DNA of 57,457 nucleotides from Enterococcus phage vB_OCPT_SDS2, in sequence record ON113172.1; one strand, given 5' to 3'. Positions 17,363 to 26,751 of this stretch are shown one piece after another; positions within the stretch are counted from its first letter, which is position 1; each line of letters opens with the position of its first letter. Made by a program: the position numbers and the translations under genes. The notes beneath the pieces were generated by a model. That model did not search any database. It had not been told where the DNA came from and was given only the letters and a program-made list of their open reading frames with translations.

Positions 17363-17663
17363 CTTGTCCCCAACTCCATTCATAATACTTTTTATTAAAT
17401 TCTTCAATTTCTTTCTTAGACATTTTAACATCGTTCATGAGAGACTGTTCGTGAAAGTTTTGTTCATACATTTTGTCCAATTCCTTATCCCAAACAACTG
17501 TCTGATAGCCTCTTACTCCTGTTCTAACGCCTACGATGTGGCCTTCGATAAGGTAGTGGTTAAGGCCTGACGAATCTTTTAAATAGGTGCCTTCTGGAAT
17601 AATGATAATTACCTCCCTAACATTTGATAAGTCTATCTTAACACCTCTTGGTGGATTTGTCAA
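17355..17663 (-). CDS. hypothetical protein
   Basis: 102 aa. Confidence 0.45.
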   Translation of the reverse strand: MTNPPRGVKIDLSNVREVIIIIPEGTYLKDSSGLNHYLIEGHIVGVRTGVRGYQTVVWDKELDKMYEQNFHEQSLMNDVKMSKKEIEEFNKKYYEWSWGQDV

Positions 17664-17665
17664 TA

Positions 17666-17839
17666 CTAAATATCAAACTTTTTAACAGTAAATTCTTTAT
17701 GCTTTTTGTAATGCTTTGGATAATGTTTCCGCCAAATATTATAAACGCGTTCCATAGCTACTGAATCTGAGTAAGAGTGGTAGGGATGCAATCCATAAAT
17801 GGTGAATAGGTAGGCTTTCTTTTCCTTTTTAATCATCAT
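17666..17839 (-). CDS. 57-aa basic, His/Tyr-rich protein (MMIKKEKKAYLFTIYGLHPYHSY...)
   Basis: AGGAGG RBS 9 nt upstream. Missed by the 60-aa cutoff. Confidence 0.45.
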   Translation of the reverse strand: MMIKKEKKAYLFTIYGLHPYHSYSDSVAMERVYNIWRKHYPKHYKKHKEFTVKKFDI

Positions 17840-18044
17840 TCGCAAAGTCCTCCTGAATCTTTTCTATCTGTAATGAAAACATTGATTTAAGCTTTAAGTT
17901 AAGCACCTGAAATTCTGTAAGGCATTCTAGTATGCTGTCAGAAGCCCCTATAGCTATGTTGGCATCAAGCATTTCCCCAAGCTCTTCAAAATCTCTTTTA
18001 AGTAGTGCTTGTAAATAATATAATTCCGCCTCATTAAATTCCAC
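17829..18044 (-). CDS. hypothetical protein
   Basis: 71 aa. Confidence 0.45.
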   Translation of the reverse strand: MEFNEAELYYLQALLKRDFEELGEMLDANIAIGASDSILECLTEFQVLNLKLKSMFSLQIEKIQEDFANDD

Positions 18045-18301
18045 TAGTAAAGTCCTCCTTCTAAAAGTCTTTCATAAGTTTCTGCAACGTCCAACTGAAA
18101 GTCCACAATATCTAAGTCAAGCTTGTCCATAAGCTGCAAAGTCTTTTTAATTGATGGATTAGCCGTCCCATTGATTGCTCTAGTGGTGTCCCCATGCTGC
18201 AAATAAGTCCATGTTACGCCTGCTCTATTTCTAGCTCTGTCTATGCAAATCCAAAAAGCTTTCAAATAAATGTCTTGGGTGTCTTGGTAAACCGTGTTCA
18301 C
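18044..18301 (-). CDS. hypothetical protein with a possible HTH segment
   Basis: RAGVTWTYLQHGDTTRAINGTANPSIKKTLQLMDKL resembles an XRE-like HTH. Weak. Confidence 0.35.
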   Translation of the reverse strand: MNTVYQDTQDIYLKAFWICIDRARNRAGVTWTYLQHGDTTRAINGTANPSIKKTLQLMDKLDLDIVDFQLDVAETYERLLEGGLY

Positions 18302-18489
18302 TAGTATTCCCCACCTTTCAACAATACTCTGTAATTAGTGTATACAAGCCATCCTAAAACAATTACAAACGCCCATGTTGGTAAAAAGGTTCCTGCCACT
18401 GCTATAATAACTAATTGAATGGCCACATACCCAGAGATTAGAACAGTCATTAACACAAGCGTGCACGCAAATTTGAATAAGTCTTCCAT
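18301..18489 (-). CDS. small 2-TM membrane protein
   Basis: 62 aa. AGGAGG RBS. Confidence 0.5.
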   Translation of the reverse strand: MEDLFKFACTLVLMTVLISGYVAIQLVIIAVAGTFLPTWAFVIVLGWLVYTNYRVLLKGGEY

Positions 18490-18519
18490 AATGTCCTCCT
18501 ATGTCTTTTCTATAGTCTT

Positions 18520-18548
18520 ACTATAGCATGAAAAAGAGGCCTTGTCAA
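18520..18548 (-). promoter_or_regulatory. minus-strand promoter TTGACA-N17-TATAGT embedded in a hairpin plus T-run unit
   Basis: aaaaaGAGGCCttgtcaaGCCCCttttt read directly. Confidence 0.55.
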
Positions 18549-18567
18549 GCCCCTTTTTGAAAGTTTA

Positions 18568-18978
18568 TTATAAGTTTTCAAGCGCCCATTCTGAAGGTGT
18601 ACTCCACTTGGGCTCATAGAAATAGATTCGCTCCTGTGAGATAACTACTTGAGCATTTGGGTTATGCTTGTTTAATAGGATTTTAGAAATAGCCTCTCCC
18701 AACTCTTCAATTGGGTAGGACTCTAAAGGCTTCTTGGAAACCTTTTTCTCACGCTCTCCTATAGACGTGTTGGCGTACTCTTCCACAAGTGGGATAAGCT
18801 CTAAAAGGCCTCCTACATGAATGTCTGTTCCATTACACCAAGTAAAAGTTTCAGAACAGCCTTTGTTAATACTTACAACAACGCCATCGTGACTTTCTAC
18901 ATAAAGCACTGAAGAGTAGCTATTATCGACCTCTAGCCCAATCTTTTCTACCGCCTTAATAAAATCTGTCGTTAACAT
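18568..18978 (-). CDS. hypothetical protein
   Basis: 136 aa. Confidence 0.45.
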   Translation of the reverse strand: MLTTDFIKAVEKIGLEVDNSYSSVLYVESHDGVVVSINKGCSETFTWCNGTDIHVGGLLELIPLVEEYANTSIGEREKKVSKKPLESYPIEELGEAISKILLNKHNPNAQVVISQERIYFYEPKWSTPSEWALENL

Positions 18979-18991
18979 GTGTAAACTCCTC

Positions 18992-19198
18992 CTAAATGCC
19001 TGTAATAAGGCTACTTTGTTTCTTATCCATTGGAATGATATTTAAAACTGTAATATCAGCAGGTGTTAAGTCTTCGCTAAGCTGTTCTGAAAGCTCTTTT
19101 TTAAGGCTTTCCACAAACTCCATTGTCATGGCTTCTGTAGAAGTAGCAAAGTTAAGCATCTTATTGCCAATCATAACGACTACTAGAAAATCTTTCAT
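18992..19198 (-). CDS. hypothetical protein
   Basis: 68 aa. Confidence 0.4.
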   Translation of the reverse strand: MKDFLVVVMIGNKMLNFATSTEAMTMEFVESLKKELSEQLSEDLTPADITVLNIIPMDKKQSSLITGI

Positions 19199-19209
19199 AA
19201 GACTGCCTC

Positions 19210-19842
19210 CTAAATGTATTTCTCGATGAGTGCTTTAGCCTCTTCTAAACGGCGTGCTTTGCTTCCTAGTTGGATAGCTTGCTTATTGATTCTGTCACGC
19301 TTTTGGAAAAGCTCTTGCTGATGATTGTTAAGCTCTCTAATTTTACTGTCTAAAGCTTTTAAAGAAGCTTTTTCTGAAGGCTCTTCTAAAAGCTCGAAGA
19401 CAAACTGGTCTTCATTAAAGATTGCACAATCCCAGATAAATCCTTCACCATCATTGTCCTCAATACCTAAGTCACCACAGTTACCCATTACAACTTCATA
19501 CTCTTTTCCAACAGTAAAGTACCGCTGTGGCTCATAAGTGCTTTTAACACACACTACTTTCATGCCCTCTTTAATTTTATCTCTAGTTAAGCGTTCCCCA
19601 GTGCTTTTCATGATGCCTTCCTCCACTACTTCCATTTTTACATAGGATTCCCCATTCAAATAATTTAAAATATCACATTCATCTCTTAAAGTTCTTCCAA
19701 GAGTATCGTCACCTTCAATAATAAGTTTTCCATCTCGTTTAATTAATTCATGCACTGAGCCTCTTTCCCATAAAGAGAAGCAGCCATCGTCAATTACACG
19801 TAATTTCATGCCTTCTTTAATGTCTTTCTTAGTGTAATTCAT
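19210..19842 (-). CDS. hypothetical protein with an internally duplicated N-terminal domain
   Basis: KDIKEGMKLRVIDDG.. is repeated as DKIKEGMKVVCVKS... C-terminal coiled coil. Confidence 0.45.
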   Translation of the reverse strand: MNYTKKDIKEGMKLRVIDDGCFSLWERGSVHELIKRDGKLIIEGDDTLGRTLRDECDILNYLNGESYVKMEVVEEGIMKSTGERLTRDKIKEGMKVVCVKSTYEPQRYFTVGKEYEVVMGNCGDLGIEDNDGEGFIWDCAIFNEDQFVFELLEEPSEKASLKALDSKIRELNNHQQELFQKRDRINKQAIQLGSKARRLEEAKALIEKYI

Positions 19843-19897
19843 TTAAAATCTCCTCCTTAATGTCTTCTACAAAACTACTATAACACACTTTAATTAA

Positions 19898-20494
19898 TTA
19901 GTCATCAAGATACTTCAAAAATTCTCCATCAAGTCCTACTCCACAACCTATAAGCTTTTCCATAAGCTTTCCTCTAGTCTTGAAGGTGTAGTTTAAATCC
20001 CATATTTCACGAAGCATAAAATCAATGTCTGGGTCATACTCTGTGGTAAGCGTAAATCCATACTCCACTGGGGAATGCTTCATGATGGCATGGATAACCT
20101 TTTTCCGAAGCTCTTCCGATTCGATATGCTTAATGTCTTCTGGAATAATTCCAACAATTGTCGAGGCTTGTCGGATAACGTCTTCTGGAAGCATATAAAC
20201 AATTTTATGGCTCTGCGTATTGATGCCGTCTTCAGGGTCTTGGATACGGACTCTCAAAGCGTCTTCTCGAAACTCTTTTCTAGCTTCATAATATAGGGCT
20301 GTACATAAAGCTATTAGTCCAGCTGTGGATAGTAAAAGAATTGTTCCAACAGTGTCCCCAAATCTTCCGTAGACGAATGTACCTACACATACAAAAGCTT
20401 TTACTAACAGGAATGTTCCGCCGATAACCACGGCTGCTATGAAAGCATATAATATATACATTGAAATAGCTTTTAGGTAGTATTTCTTAGGCAT
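19898..20494 (-). CDS. membrane protein (2-3 TM at the N-terminus)
   Basis: 198 aa. Confidence 0.45.
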   Translation of the reverse strand: MPKKYYLKAISMYILYAFIAAVVIGGTFLLVKAFVCVGTFVYGRFGDTVGTILLLSTAGLIALCTALYYEARKEFREDALRVRIQDPEDGINTQSHKIVYMLPEDVIRQASTIVGIIPEDIKHIESEELRKKVIHAIMKHSPVEYGFTLTTEYDPDIDFMLREIWDLNYTFKTRGKLMEKLIGCGVGLDGEFLKYLDD

Positions 20495-20702
20495 TTTCGA
20501 CGGCCTCCCTCACAAAGCAGATGTCAATATATTCAGCATCAACGGATTCACAAAGCTCTTCAAGGACTTTGTAACAGGCGTTCTCATAGGCATATACATT
20601 ATCTTCCACTGAAACTGTGGTAGAATTAACAATCCAGTCAGAAGTGTATCTCCAACCAACTTCTAAAAGTATTTCTTTAGGCTGCTCAACTTTAATTTCC
20701 AT
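20487..20702 (-). CDS. hypothetical protein
   Basis: 71 aa. Confidence 0.4.
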   Translation of the reverse strand: MEIKVEQPKEILLEVGWRYTSDWIVNSTTVSVEDNVYAYENACYKVLEELCESVDAEYIDICFVREAVENA

Positions 20703-21099
20703 TGATAAACTCCCCTTCCAAAAGAATACTTAATCCATCTACCACAGTGTCTGTAGAATACCATTTTACCTCTCTGTCAAAATAATCCTTTAGTTCGTCT
20801 TTGTAATAGTTTTCCGAAACAATTTTGGTAGCCTTATCCTCAAAGCTAATCTCAAGGTTTATGCTAGCATCTTCGTTAAGCTTACTTAAAAGCGTTCCCA
20901 AAGTTAGTTCAGAAGGCGTTTCTTCAGATACTCTTATATACTGGAGACTATTTACATAGTAATGCTTATGGCCACTATCAACGTATACGTGAGCCCCTCC
21001 ATCAAATTCATTGACAATCTCGTAAGCCTTCCCTAATTCTAAGAGGTCTTCATCAGGCGTGCAATCCTCAATTCTAGTAATTATAGCAAATCTTTTCAT
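20692..21099 (-). CDS. hypothetical protein
   Basis: 135 aa. Confidence 0.45.
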   Translation of the reverse strand: MKRFAIITRIEDCTPDEDLLELGKAYEIVNEFDGGAHVYVDSGHKHYYVNSLQYIRVSEETPSELTLGTLLSKLNEDASINLEISFEDKATKIVSENYYKDELKDYFDREVKWYSTDTVVDGLSILLEGEFINGN

Positions 21100-21527
21100 A
21101 AAGCATTTCCTCCTTCTCCTTTATTGGATTCTTTAGCAATTTCAACAACCTCTGGGAAATGTTTTTCTAAGAAGCTCATAGGAAACGCTTGAACAAAAAT
21201 ATCTTTAGGTTCTTCTCTACTTCTCCACAAAAAGCATGTCCATTTTCCTTCTTCATAATCGCTTCCGTAATAGCTCAGTAGGCGGCCTCCGATACTTACT
21301 TCATACAGCTTCTCGGCAGCTGGTTCCATATACTTAATAGCTCCTTCTTTAAGCCATTTAATACCTTCTCCATCAATGTCTACTTTTAAAGGTAGTGCAG
21401 GGTCTTCTGCATCAATCAATACAATTGTTCCTGTAACAGAAAACCGTTGTCCTTCCTTTAAAGTACCCTCTTTAAATTGTTCATATAAACTATTCATAAA
21501 AGATTCCTCCCTATTTAGTCTTTCCAA
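21096..21527 (-). CDS. hypothetical protein
   Basis: 143 aa. Confidence 0.45.
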   Translation of the reverse strand: MERLNREESFMNSLYEQFKEGTLKEGQRFSVTGTIVLIDAEDPALPLKVDIDGEGIKWLKEGAIKYMEPAAEKLYEVSIGGRLLSYYGSDYEEGKWTCFLWRSREEPKDIFVQAFPMSFLEKHFPEVVEIAKESNKGEGGNAL

Positions 21528-21702
21528 ATAAATCGTTGTAAGTTTCTACTGTATCTTTTCTAATCCATTTCATTCCCATTAATTGAGACTGACTCATCAT
21601 ACTTTCTGGATGTTCTTCCAAGTACTTTTCTAGCTTCTTAATATCATTATTATACCGTATTACCTTGTTCTGTAAGTATAGTTGAATCTCCTCTACTGTC
21701 AT
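21511..21702 (-). CDS. hypothetical protein
   Basis: 63 aa. Confidence 0.4.
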   Translation of the reverse strand: MTVEEIQLYLQNKVIRYNNDIKKLEKYLEEHPESMMSQSQLMGMKWIRKDTVETYNDLFGKTK

Positions 21703-21777
21703 AAGGCATTTCCTCCCTCTTCTTTATGGATTCATAATAGCATAGAAAAAGAGGTTTGTCAACCCCTTTTTCAAAGT

Positions 21778-22533
21778 TTATTTAAACCAATCTTTTCTAG
21801 CAGTCATTTTACCCCAGTTTTTACCAATCTCAATATCGGTCTTACTAGGAACTACTAGTTTCACAGTGTTAATCATAACGTCTTCGATAGCGTCTACTTC
21901 AGCTTCTGTTACGTCTTCTGGAACCTTAAATAAGATTTCATCATGTACTTGGGCAAGGAATCCAAATGAGTTAGGTTCTCCACGAGCCTCCGACAACTCT
22001 TTCAAACGGATTCTAGCAGCATTCATTACAAGCTTAGTCTGAGAGGCCGCTCCTCCTTGAATTAAAGCGTTAGTAGCTTGTCGCAAGGCTCTTGCTGCTG
22101 CTGAGCGGAGCTTCTTATCGTTTTCATCTAAGGAGTTCCAATTCTTTTTAAGGATGTCAAAGTTTTCATGCTTGAATCTACGACGCATTCCGAACAGCGT
22201 TTCAACATAGCGTTGCTTAATAACTGTCTTCTTATTGCCTTCAATCCAAGTTTCCACTTCTGGGTATACTATGAAGAAGTCGTCAATCATTTTCTGAGCT
22301 TCCTGAGCGTCGATACGAAGGATGTCGGCAAGGCTGTAAGCGCCCATTCCATACATGATAGCAAGGACAATCATCTTGGTGTTCTTACGGTAAATGGAGC
22401 CGTCCAAACACTCTTCGATAGGCTTATTAAAGATTGCTGAAGCCATTTCAGAATACAAGTCACGGCCTTCATTATAGATGTTAATAAGTTCTTGACATCC
22501 ACTTGAATGTGCAAGTAGCCTAGGTTCTTGTTG
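21778..22533 (-). CDS. polA: DNA polymerase I family (family A), exon 2: motif A tail, motif B and motif C
   Basis: In-frame upstream extension reads QQEPRLLAHSSGCQELINIYNEGRDLYSEMASAIF, which matches QIELRILAHLSGDENLIEAF. Motif B is RKNTKMIVLAIMYGMG. Motif C is QVHDEIL. Confidence 0.7.
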   Translation of the reverse strand, partial: QQEPRLLAHSSGCQELINIYNEGRDLYSEMASAIFNKPIEECLDGSIYRKNTKMIVLAIMYGMGAYSLADILRIDAQEAQKMIDDFFIVYPEVETWIEGNKKTVIKQRYVETLFGMRRRFKHENFDILKKNWNSLDENDKKLRSAAARALRQATNALIQGGAASQTKLVMNAARIRLKELSEARGEPNSFGFLAQVHDEILFKVPEDVTEAEVDAIEDVMINTVKLVVPSKTDIEIGKNWGKMTARKDWFK

Positions 22534-23281
22534 CGTTAATTTGAGGGGCGTTACTCCCTTTCCACAATTTCTTGTGTAATTGGACTATATCATATAGCTT
22601 TAAAATAAGCTATCCCACCGCTTCGACTTCACTTGAAGCCTACTCTACTAAGTTCTTGGAGAAGCAGTTAAGCCTCTCCAAGCTTTTCGATAGTCTCTGA
22701 ACTTGCGTACTTCCAGAAGAATCCTCCTGCATGTTTTCGTAAACCTCTACCAACTTTACTAATATTTTGGCGAGCTACACCAGTTTCTTTTTCAGCGTCA
22801 ATAGGACTATCAAAGCGCTTAATGAAGTTACCTTCTAAGTCATATTGGAACACTTCTTTAGCCTTACTACCTCTATTAGTTAAATACATATGTCGGTTAT
22901 TTTCAGAAACGGTTGCCCACTCTAAATTAGATTTACGATTATCATTTCTTACTCCATTTAAATGATTCACTACAGGCTTATCTTCAGGGTTAGGGATGAA
23001 GTTCTCTGCAACTAACCGATGGACTCTGTACATTTTCTTTCTAGGCAGACCTCTTTGAAGAGGTACTCTAGCGTATCCATCATGCGTTAAATGTTGCTTC
23101 ATTTCTAATCCTTCTGAGTTAAATATTCTTCCTTCTTCTGTTACAGAGTAATACTTATTTTCAATACCTTCTATAAGCATTCTGATTCCTTCCTGTAACT
23201 GTACGATTAGCTGCTGATTGGCATAGGATTTCTCCCTTAGCTTTCCAGCAATTCAATGGGTTTTACTTCAGCCAACAGTTA
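22534..23281 (-). ncRNA. group I self-splicing intron interrupting the polymerase gene, with an HNH homing-endonuclease ORF in a loop
   Basis: - The 5' exon ends with U (..GACUUCAGU).
- The intron begins UAA (in-frame stop) followed by CUGUUGGCUGAAG.
- IGS GCUGAAG pairs with exon CUUCAGU and has a terminal U.G, forming P1.
- CUGUUG pairs with the 3' exon CAACAag, forming P10.
- The intron ends in G before CAACAAGAA. Confidence 0.7.
22668..23180 (-). CDS. intron-encoded HNH homing endonuclease
   Basis: HRLV..NHLNGVRNDNRKSNLEW HNH core. C-terminal NUMOD-like ISKVGRGLRKHAGGFFWKY. Confidence 0.7.
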   Translation of the reverse strand: MLIEGIENKYYSVTEEGRIFNSEGLEMKQHLTHDGYARVPLQRGLPRKKMYRVHRLVAENFIPNPEDKPVVNHLNGVRNDNRKSNLEWATVSENNRHMYLTNRGSKAKEVFQYDLEGNFIKRFDSPIDAEKETGVARQNISKVGRGLRKHAGGFFWKYASSETIEKLGEA

Positions 23282-24877
23282 ACTGAAGTCTGCTCCAAGG
23301 ATTAATGAGCCTTCTGGAGCCTCAAACATCTTACGAGCTTTCTTGGGCTGCTGTTGTAAATTAGGGTTAGAAGCACTGAAACGACCTGTAACAGTACCAA
23401 ATTGGTTAAACTGTCCGTGGAGCTTTCCGTCAGGCGCAATGAAGGTGTCAATCTTGTTTACGAAAGCTGTCAAATGCTTTGTCAAGTCTTTATAATCAAG
23501 GATGTCCTGAACCTCGTCAACGGCCTTGGCAATCTTTTTCATAGCCTTAGCATTGGCTTGTAACTTGTTTCGGTCGTTTTTAGGAACAACCTTTCCTTCA
23601 GCGTTTACAATAGGGTCTAGGATAACACTTCCATTAGGCATTAATGCAAACAGTTTGTTATTGCTTATTCCATGCTCGTCATAACCTACGTGGCCTCTTA
23701 GAATGGATTTGTGGTCAGCTGTAACATACTTACTCCAATCATTGTCTACGTAAAGCAGTTTTAACAGCTGTGATGGAGAGCTGAAGTTAATGTCGCCAAA
23801 GCGTGCTTGAAGGCGTGCAGAAATCTCTTCTAACTCTGCCTCGCTTTCCTTACGCTGTACCTCAACCTCTTCCATGTTAATGTGGAAGCCTTCTGATTCC
23901 ATTTCAAAAGTGGCCATAATACAAGGTCGCTCAATCCGTTCATAAACCTTTTTAATCTTAGCGAATGAAGGCTTATTAAGGATGTTCAACTGCCATTCAA
24001 ACAGGAGGAATCCAACATAAGTATCCTTTCCCGCGTACCATCGAGCAATCTCAACAGCAATGTCAGCAAACTTAGCATTCTTTCCAAACATTTCCTCAAA
24101 AGTATCTGATGGAATATTCAAGAAGCGTGTTGCTAAAACTTTCAACTGGTAGCTTGGTAGGTCTTCATCTAATAAGTGCATTAAGATTAAGGTATCGTGG
24201 ACAGGCGTTCTAGGAGCGATTCCTAAAGAAGCTTTAGCAAGCCCCATATCGAAGGTTGCATTATGCCATACAGTTGCCTTATCTGACTCAAAGACTCTCT
24301 TAATTCCTTCCTCAGCCCACTTAACATTAGCAATATTTAAATGGCTTGGAGAACCATCTTCTTCACGGTGTCGCATAGGCACGTAACCATTGATGATATC
24401 ACCTTTATAACGGTATGTTAAAGAGAATCCTGAAATCTCTTCACGATACATGTCTGTTCCACCATTGTCACCGACCGTTTCAAAGTCCATCGCCAAGTAT
24501 TCATTATCACATTCAAGAGCGTTGTCAATCCAACTAGCAAGCTCTACAATATTGTTTATGATAGGGAATTTCTTCCACTCTTTCTTACGGATTTCGTCAA
24601 ACTTAGCTTCTCGTTCCATTTCTTGAACCTTTTGGTAAATACGTAGAGCCTCAGCCTTTGAGAAGTTCTTGTTTAACTTGTCTTCCTCACGGCTTACCTT
24701 ACCTTCTTCAAGGTATTCCTTAACTAATTTAAGGCGCTCCTTATCCTTAGCAGAGTTCTTCATTGAGAAGATTTTTGCCCAAGCTTCTTCCATTGTTAAT
24801 AAAGGCTTCTTGCCCTTAACTTTTTTAATTGCTTCCTTAGCTTTTTTATCATCAGGCAAGTTAACTGAAATCTTCAT
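23282..24877 (-). CDS. polA: DNA polymerase I family, exon 1 (3'-5' exo-like and N-terminal polymerase region). Start taken at MKISVNLP with AAGGAGG RBS. Ends LILGADFS at the splice site.
   Basis: Motif A (L)ILGADFS is truncated by the stop codon at the intron start. 3'-5' exo-like DFETVG. Confidence 0.7.
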
Positions 24878-24908
24878 ACAAACTTCCTCCTTGTTTATTC
24901 GATACCTT

Positions 24909-24937
24909 ATGATAACATAAAAAGAGACCTTTGTCAA
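24909..24937 (-). promoter_or_regulatory. minus-strand promoter TTGACA-N17-TATCAT
   Basis: The reverse complement reads cTTGACAaaggtctctttttatgtTATCAT. The -35 lies in a hairpin (GAGACC/GGCCTC) that is followed by a T-run. Confidence 0.5.
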
Positions 24938-24955
24938 GGCCTCTCATACAACTTT

Positions 24956-25144
24956 CTAAATTAGTCTCCCAGTATTAGCAAGTCTATTCATATCGAATTG
25001 ACCCGCCACTTGGTAAGTCTTTTTAAAGGTGCTCATTTCTTTAGCGTATTTAATAGCTTTATCTAAGCTTCTGTAACATTTTACTTGATGGAGTTTACCT
25101 GAGCCGTCGTCAAGTCTTTCCAGCACGTAATAATTATCCATCAA
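24956..25144 (-). CDS. hypothetical protein
   Basis: 62 aa. Confidence 0.4.
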   Translation of the reverse strand: MMDNYYVLERLDDGSGKLHQVKCYRSLDKAIKYAKEMSTFKKTYQVAGQFDMNRLANTGRLI

Positions 25145-25516
25145 TTATTCCTCCCAATCGTCTTCGTCAAAGCTTCCATCATCTTCCCACATGTAGTCGT
25201 CACAAGTGCATCCACAACACATGCAACAGCCACATGAATAAGTATCGTCAGCCCAGTCCATATCCTCGTCGTAGGATTCATCGTCTACAATAAGGCTTCG
25301 TGCAGCCGCCTCTATTTCAAGTGTTGTTAAGGCGTTAATGAAATCCCACTCCACAAACTTTTCATTAGGGAATGAGTCTCCTTTCTCATAGGCGTTTTCC
25401 ATGTAAGCTGTGTTTAAGATTTCTGCGTGGCGCTCTTTGATTTCAGGGTCTTCTACAACCCATCGTAAAGCGGCTAGAGCTGCTAAAAGTTCTTTGTCAA
25501 ACATCCCCATAGACAT
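25145..25516 (-). CDS. acidic protein with an unusual C-terminal cysteine cluster (CGCCMCCGCTCDD) and a poly-acidic tail
   Basis: Read from the translation. 123 aa. Confidence 0.45.
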   Translation of the reverse strand: MSMGMFDKELLAALAALRWVVEDPEIKERHAEILNTAYMENAYEKGDSFPNEKFVEWDFINALTTLEIEAAARSLIVDDESYDEDMDWADDTYSCGCCMCCGCTCDDYMWEDDGSFDEDDWEE

Positions 25517-25729
25517 TTAGATTTCCCCTTTCTTAAAGCTTTGTAATGCTTTGATAAGCTTGTCAATAGATTCTTCGTCTAAGTAAGCTTCTTTTACACT
25601 AATATAATTATCTGTTTCAGATTCTTCTATATAAAGCTCTAGGTGAACTTTTCCATTATATGTTTCAGAAAGCTCAATATATTCCTTGTATTCCTCATAA
25701 CTGTCTGCTTCGTTTACTCTAATAAGCAT
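25517..25729 (-). CDS. hypothetical protein
   Basis: 70 aa, acidic. Confidence 0.4.
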   Translation of the reverse strand: MLIRVNEADSYEEYKEYIELSETYNGKVHLELYIEESETDNYISVKEAYLDEESIDKLIKALQSFKKGEI

Positions 25730-25731
25730 AC

Positions 25732-25941
25732 CTAAATCGCACCTACCAATTCACCAAGCGTTACGTACGCTCCATACATAACTTTAATGGAGTCCATGTT
25801 ATATCCGTTTTCCTCAAGAATTGCATAAGCTTCTCCAGCTTCCCCATTTTCCCAGCCATATAGAATGCCTTCATTATTCCAACCATACCACATCTCTGAC
25901 ATTTCGTCAGTTGTTAAATTCTCTTCAAATAGTTTACGCAT
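25732..25941 (-). CDS. hypothetical protein
   Basis: 69 aa, rich in W/Y/G/E. Confidence 0.4.
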   Translation of the reverse strand: MRKLFEENLTTDEMSEMWYGWNNEGILYGWENGEAGEAYAILEENGYNMDSIKVMYGAYVTLGELVGAI

Positions 25942-26162
25942 TACTTTTTACCTCCTTTTACAACGACTCCCAAAGTTGTTTCAATACTATCTTCTGCATT
26001 ATACCAAGCTGTGTGGACGTCTACAACTTCCATCTCCAAAGCTTGTTCACGTAATACTGGAATATCTTGTGCATAAATGCCTTCTGGAGCCGTTACCTCA
26101 GCAATCTCCAAAGTAATGTCCTGCATACGGTCTACTACCTTTAATAAGTCTTTCAATTTCAT
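25941..26162 (-). CDS. hypothetical protein
   Basis: 73 aa. Confidence 0.4.
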   Translation of the reverse strand: MKLKDLLKVVDRMQDITLEIAEVTAPEGIYAQDIPVLREQALEMEVVDVHTAWYNAEDSIETTLGVVVKGGKK

Positions 26163-26175
26163 TTAAAATTCCTCC

Positions 26176-26370
26176 TTAATCTAATCCAAGAAACACTGCT
26201 AAAGCTATAAAAACGAACATTACAATACCTACTGCAACGAATATACCAGTGTCTCCTAAGCCGCTAGTCCAAACGGCTATCCAATAAATACCTGCAAAAA
26301 AGGCTCCTACTGCCAAAACTACTATAAAAGCTATAAATAAGCTGAATGCGATTCTTTCTAAAAGTTCCAT
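26176..26370 (-). CDS. small 2-TM membrane protein. It belongs to a cluster of tiny hydrophobic ORFs in 26176-26750.
   Basis: 64 aa. Additional 19-aa and roughly 36-aa hydrophobic ORFs sit at about 26389..26448 and 26650..26750. Confidence 0.45.
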   Translation of the reverse strand: MELLERIAFSLFIAFIVVLAVGAFFAGIYWIAVWTSGLGDTGIFVAVGIVMFVFIALAVFLGLD

Positions 26371-26446
26371 ATTAAAACCTCTCCTTTATAAGGCAAGTAA
26401 GAAGCATCCAAAAACAACGCCTAACAAAATTAAAATCATATTCATT

Positions 26447-26635
26447 CTAAAACCCCTCCAATTTAACTACTTTAACATTCCCATCATCATGGAAATCCTC
26501 TTCAAAAGTCTCCGAAAAGTTAATATATGCAAATGTGATGCTTATTGCTGTGACTAAGAAAACGTCAAGGCAGCCTGTGTTAGTGTTGAGGATTTGTACC
26601 TCATATACGCTTAGTGAATTATCCATGTTCCCCAA
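26447..26635 (-). CDS. hypothetical protein
   Basis: 62 aa. Confidence 0.35.
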   Translation of the reverse strand: MGNMDNSLSVYEVQILNTNTGCLDVFLVTAISITFAYINFSETFEEDFHDDGNVKVVKLEGF

Positions 26636-26751
26636 TCCTTTCTACAGCGCCCATTTTAGTAAAACAAAAGGCAATATAAATTCAATTAACCACACAGCTA
26701 CTCCAATAAGCAAAATCAAAATGGCTGCTCCTATCTTTATATATTGCTTCA

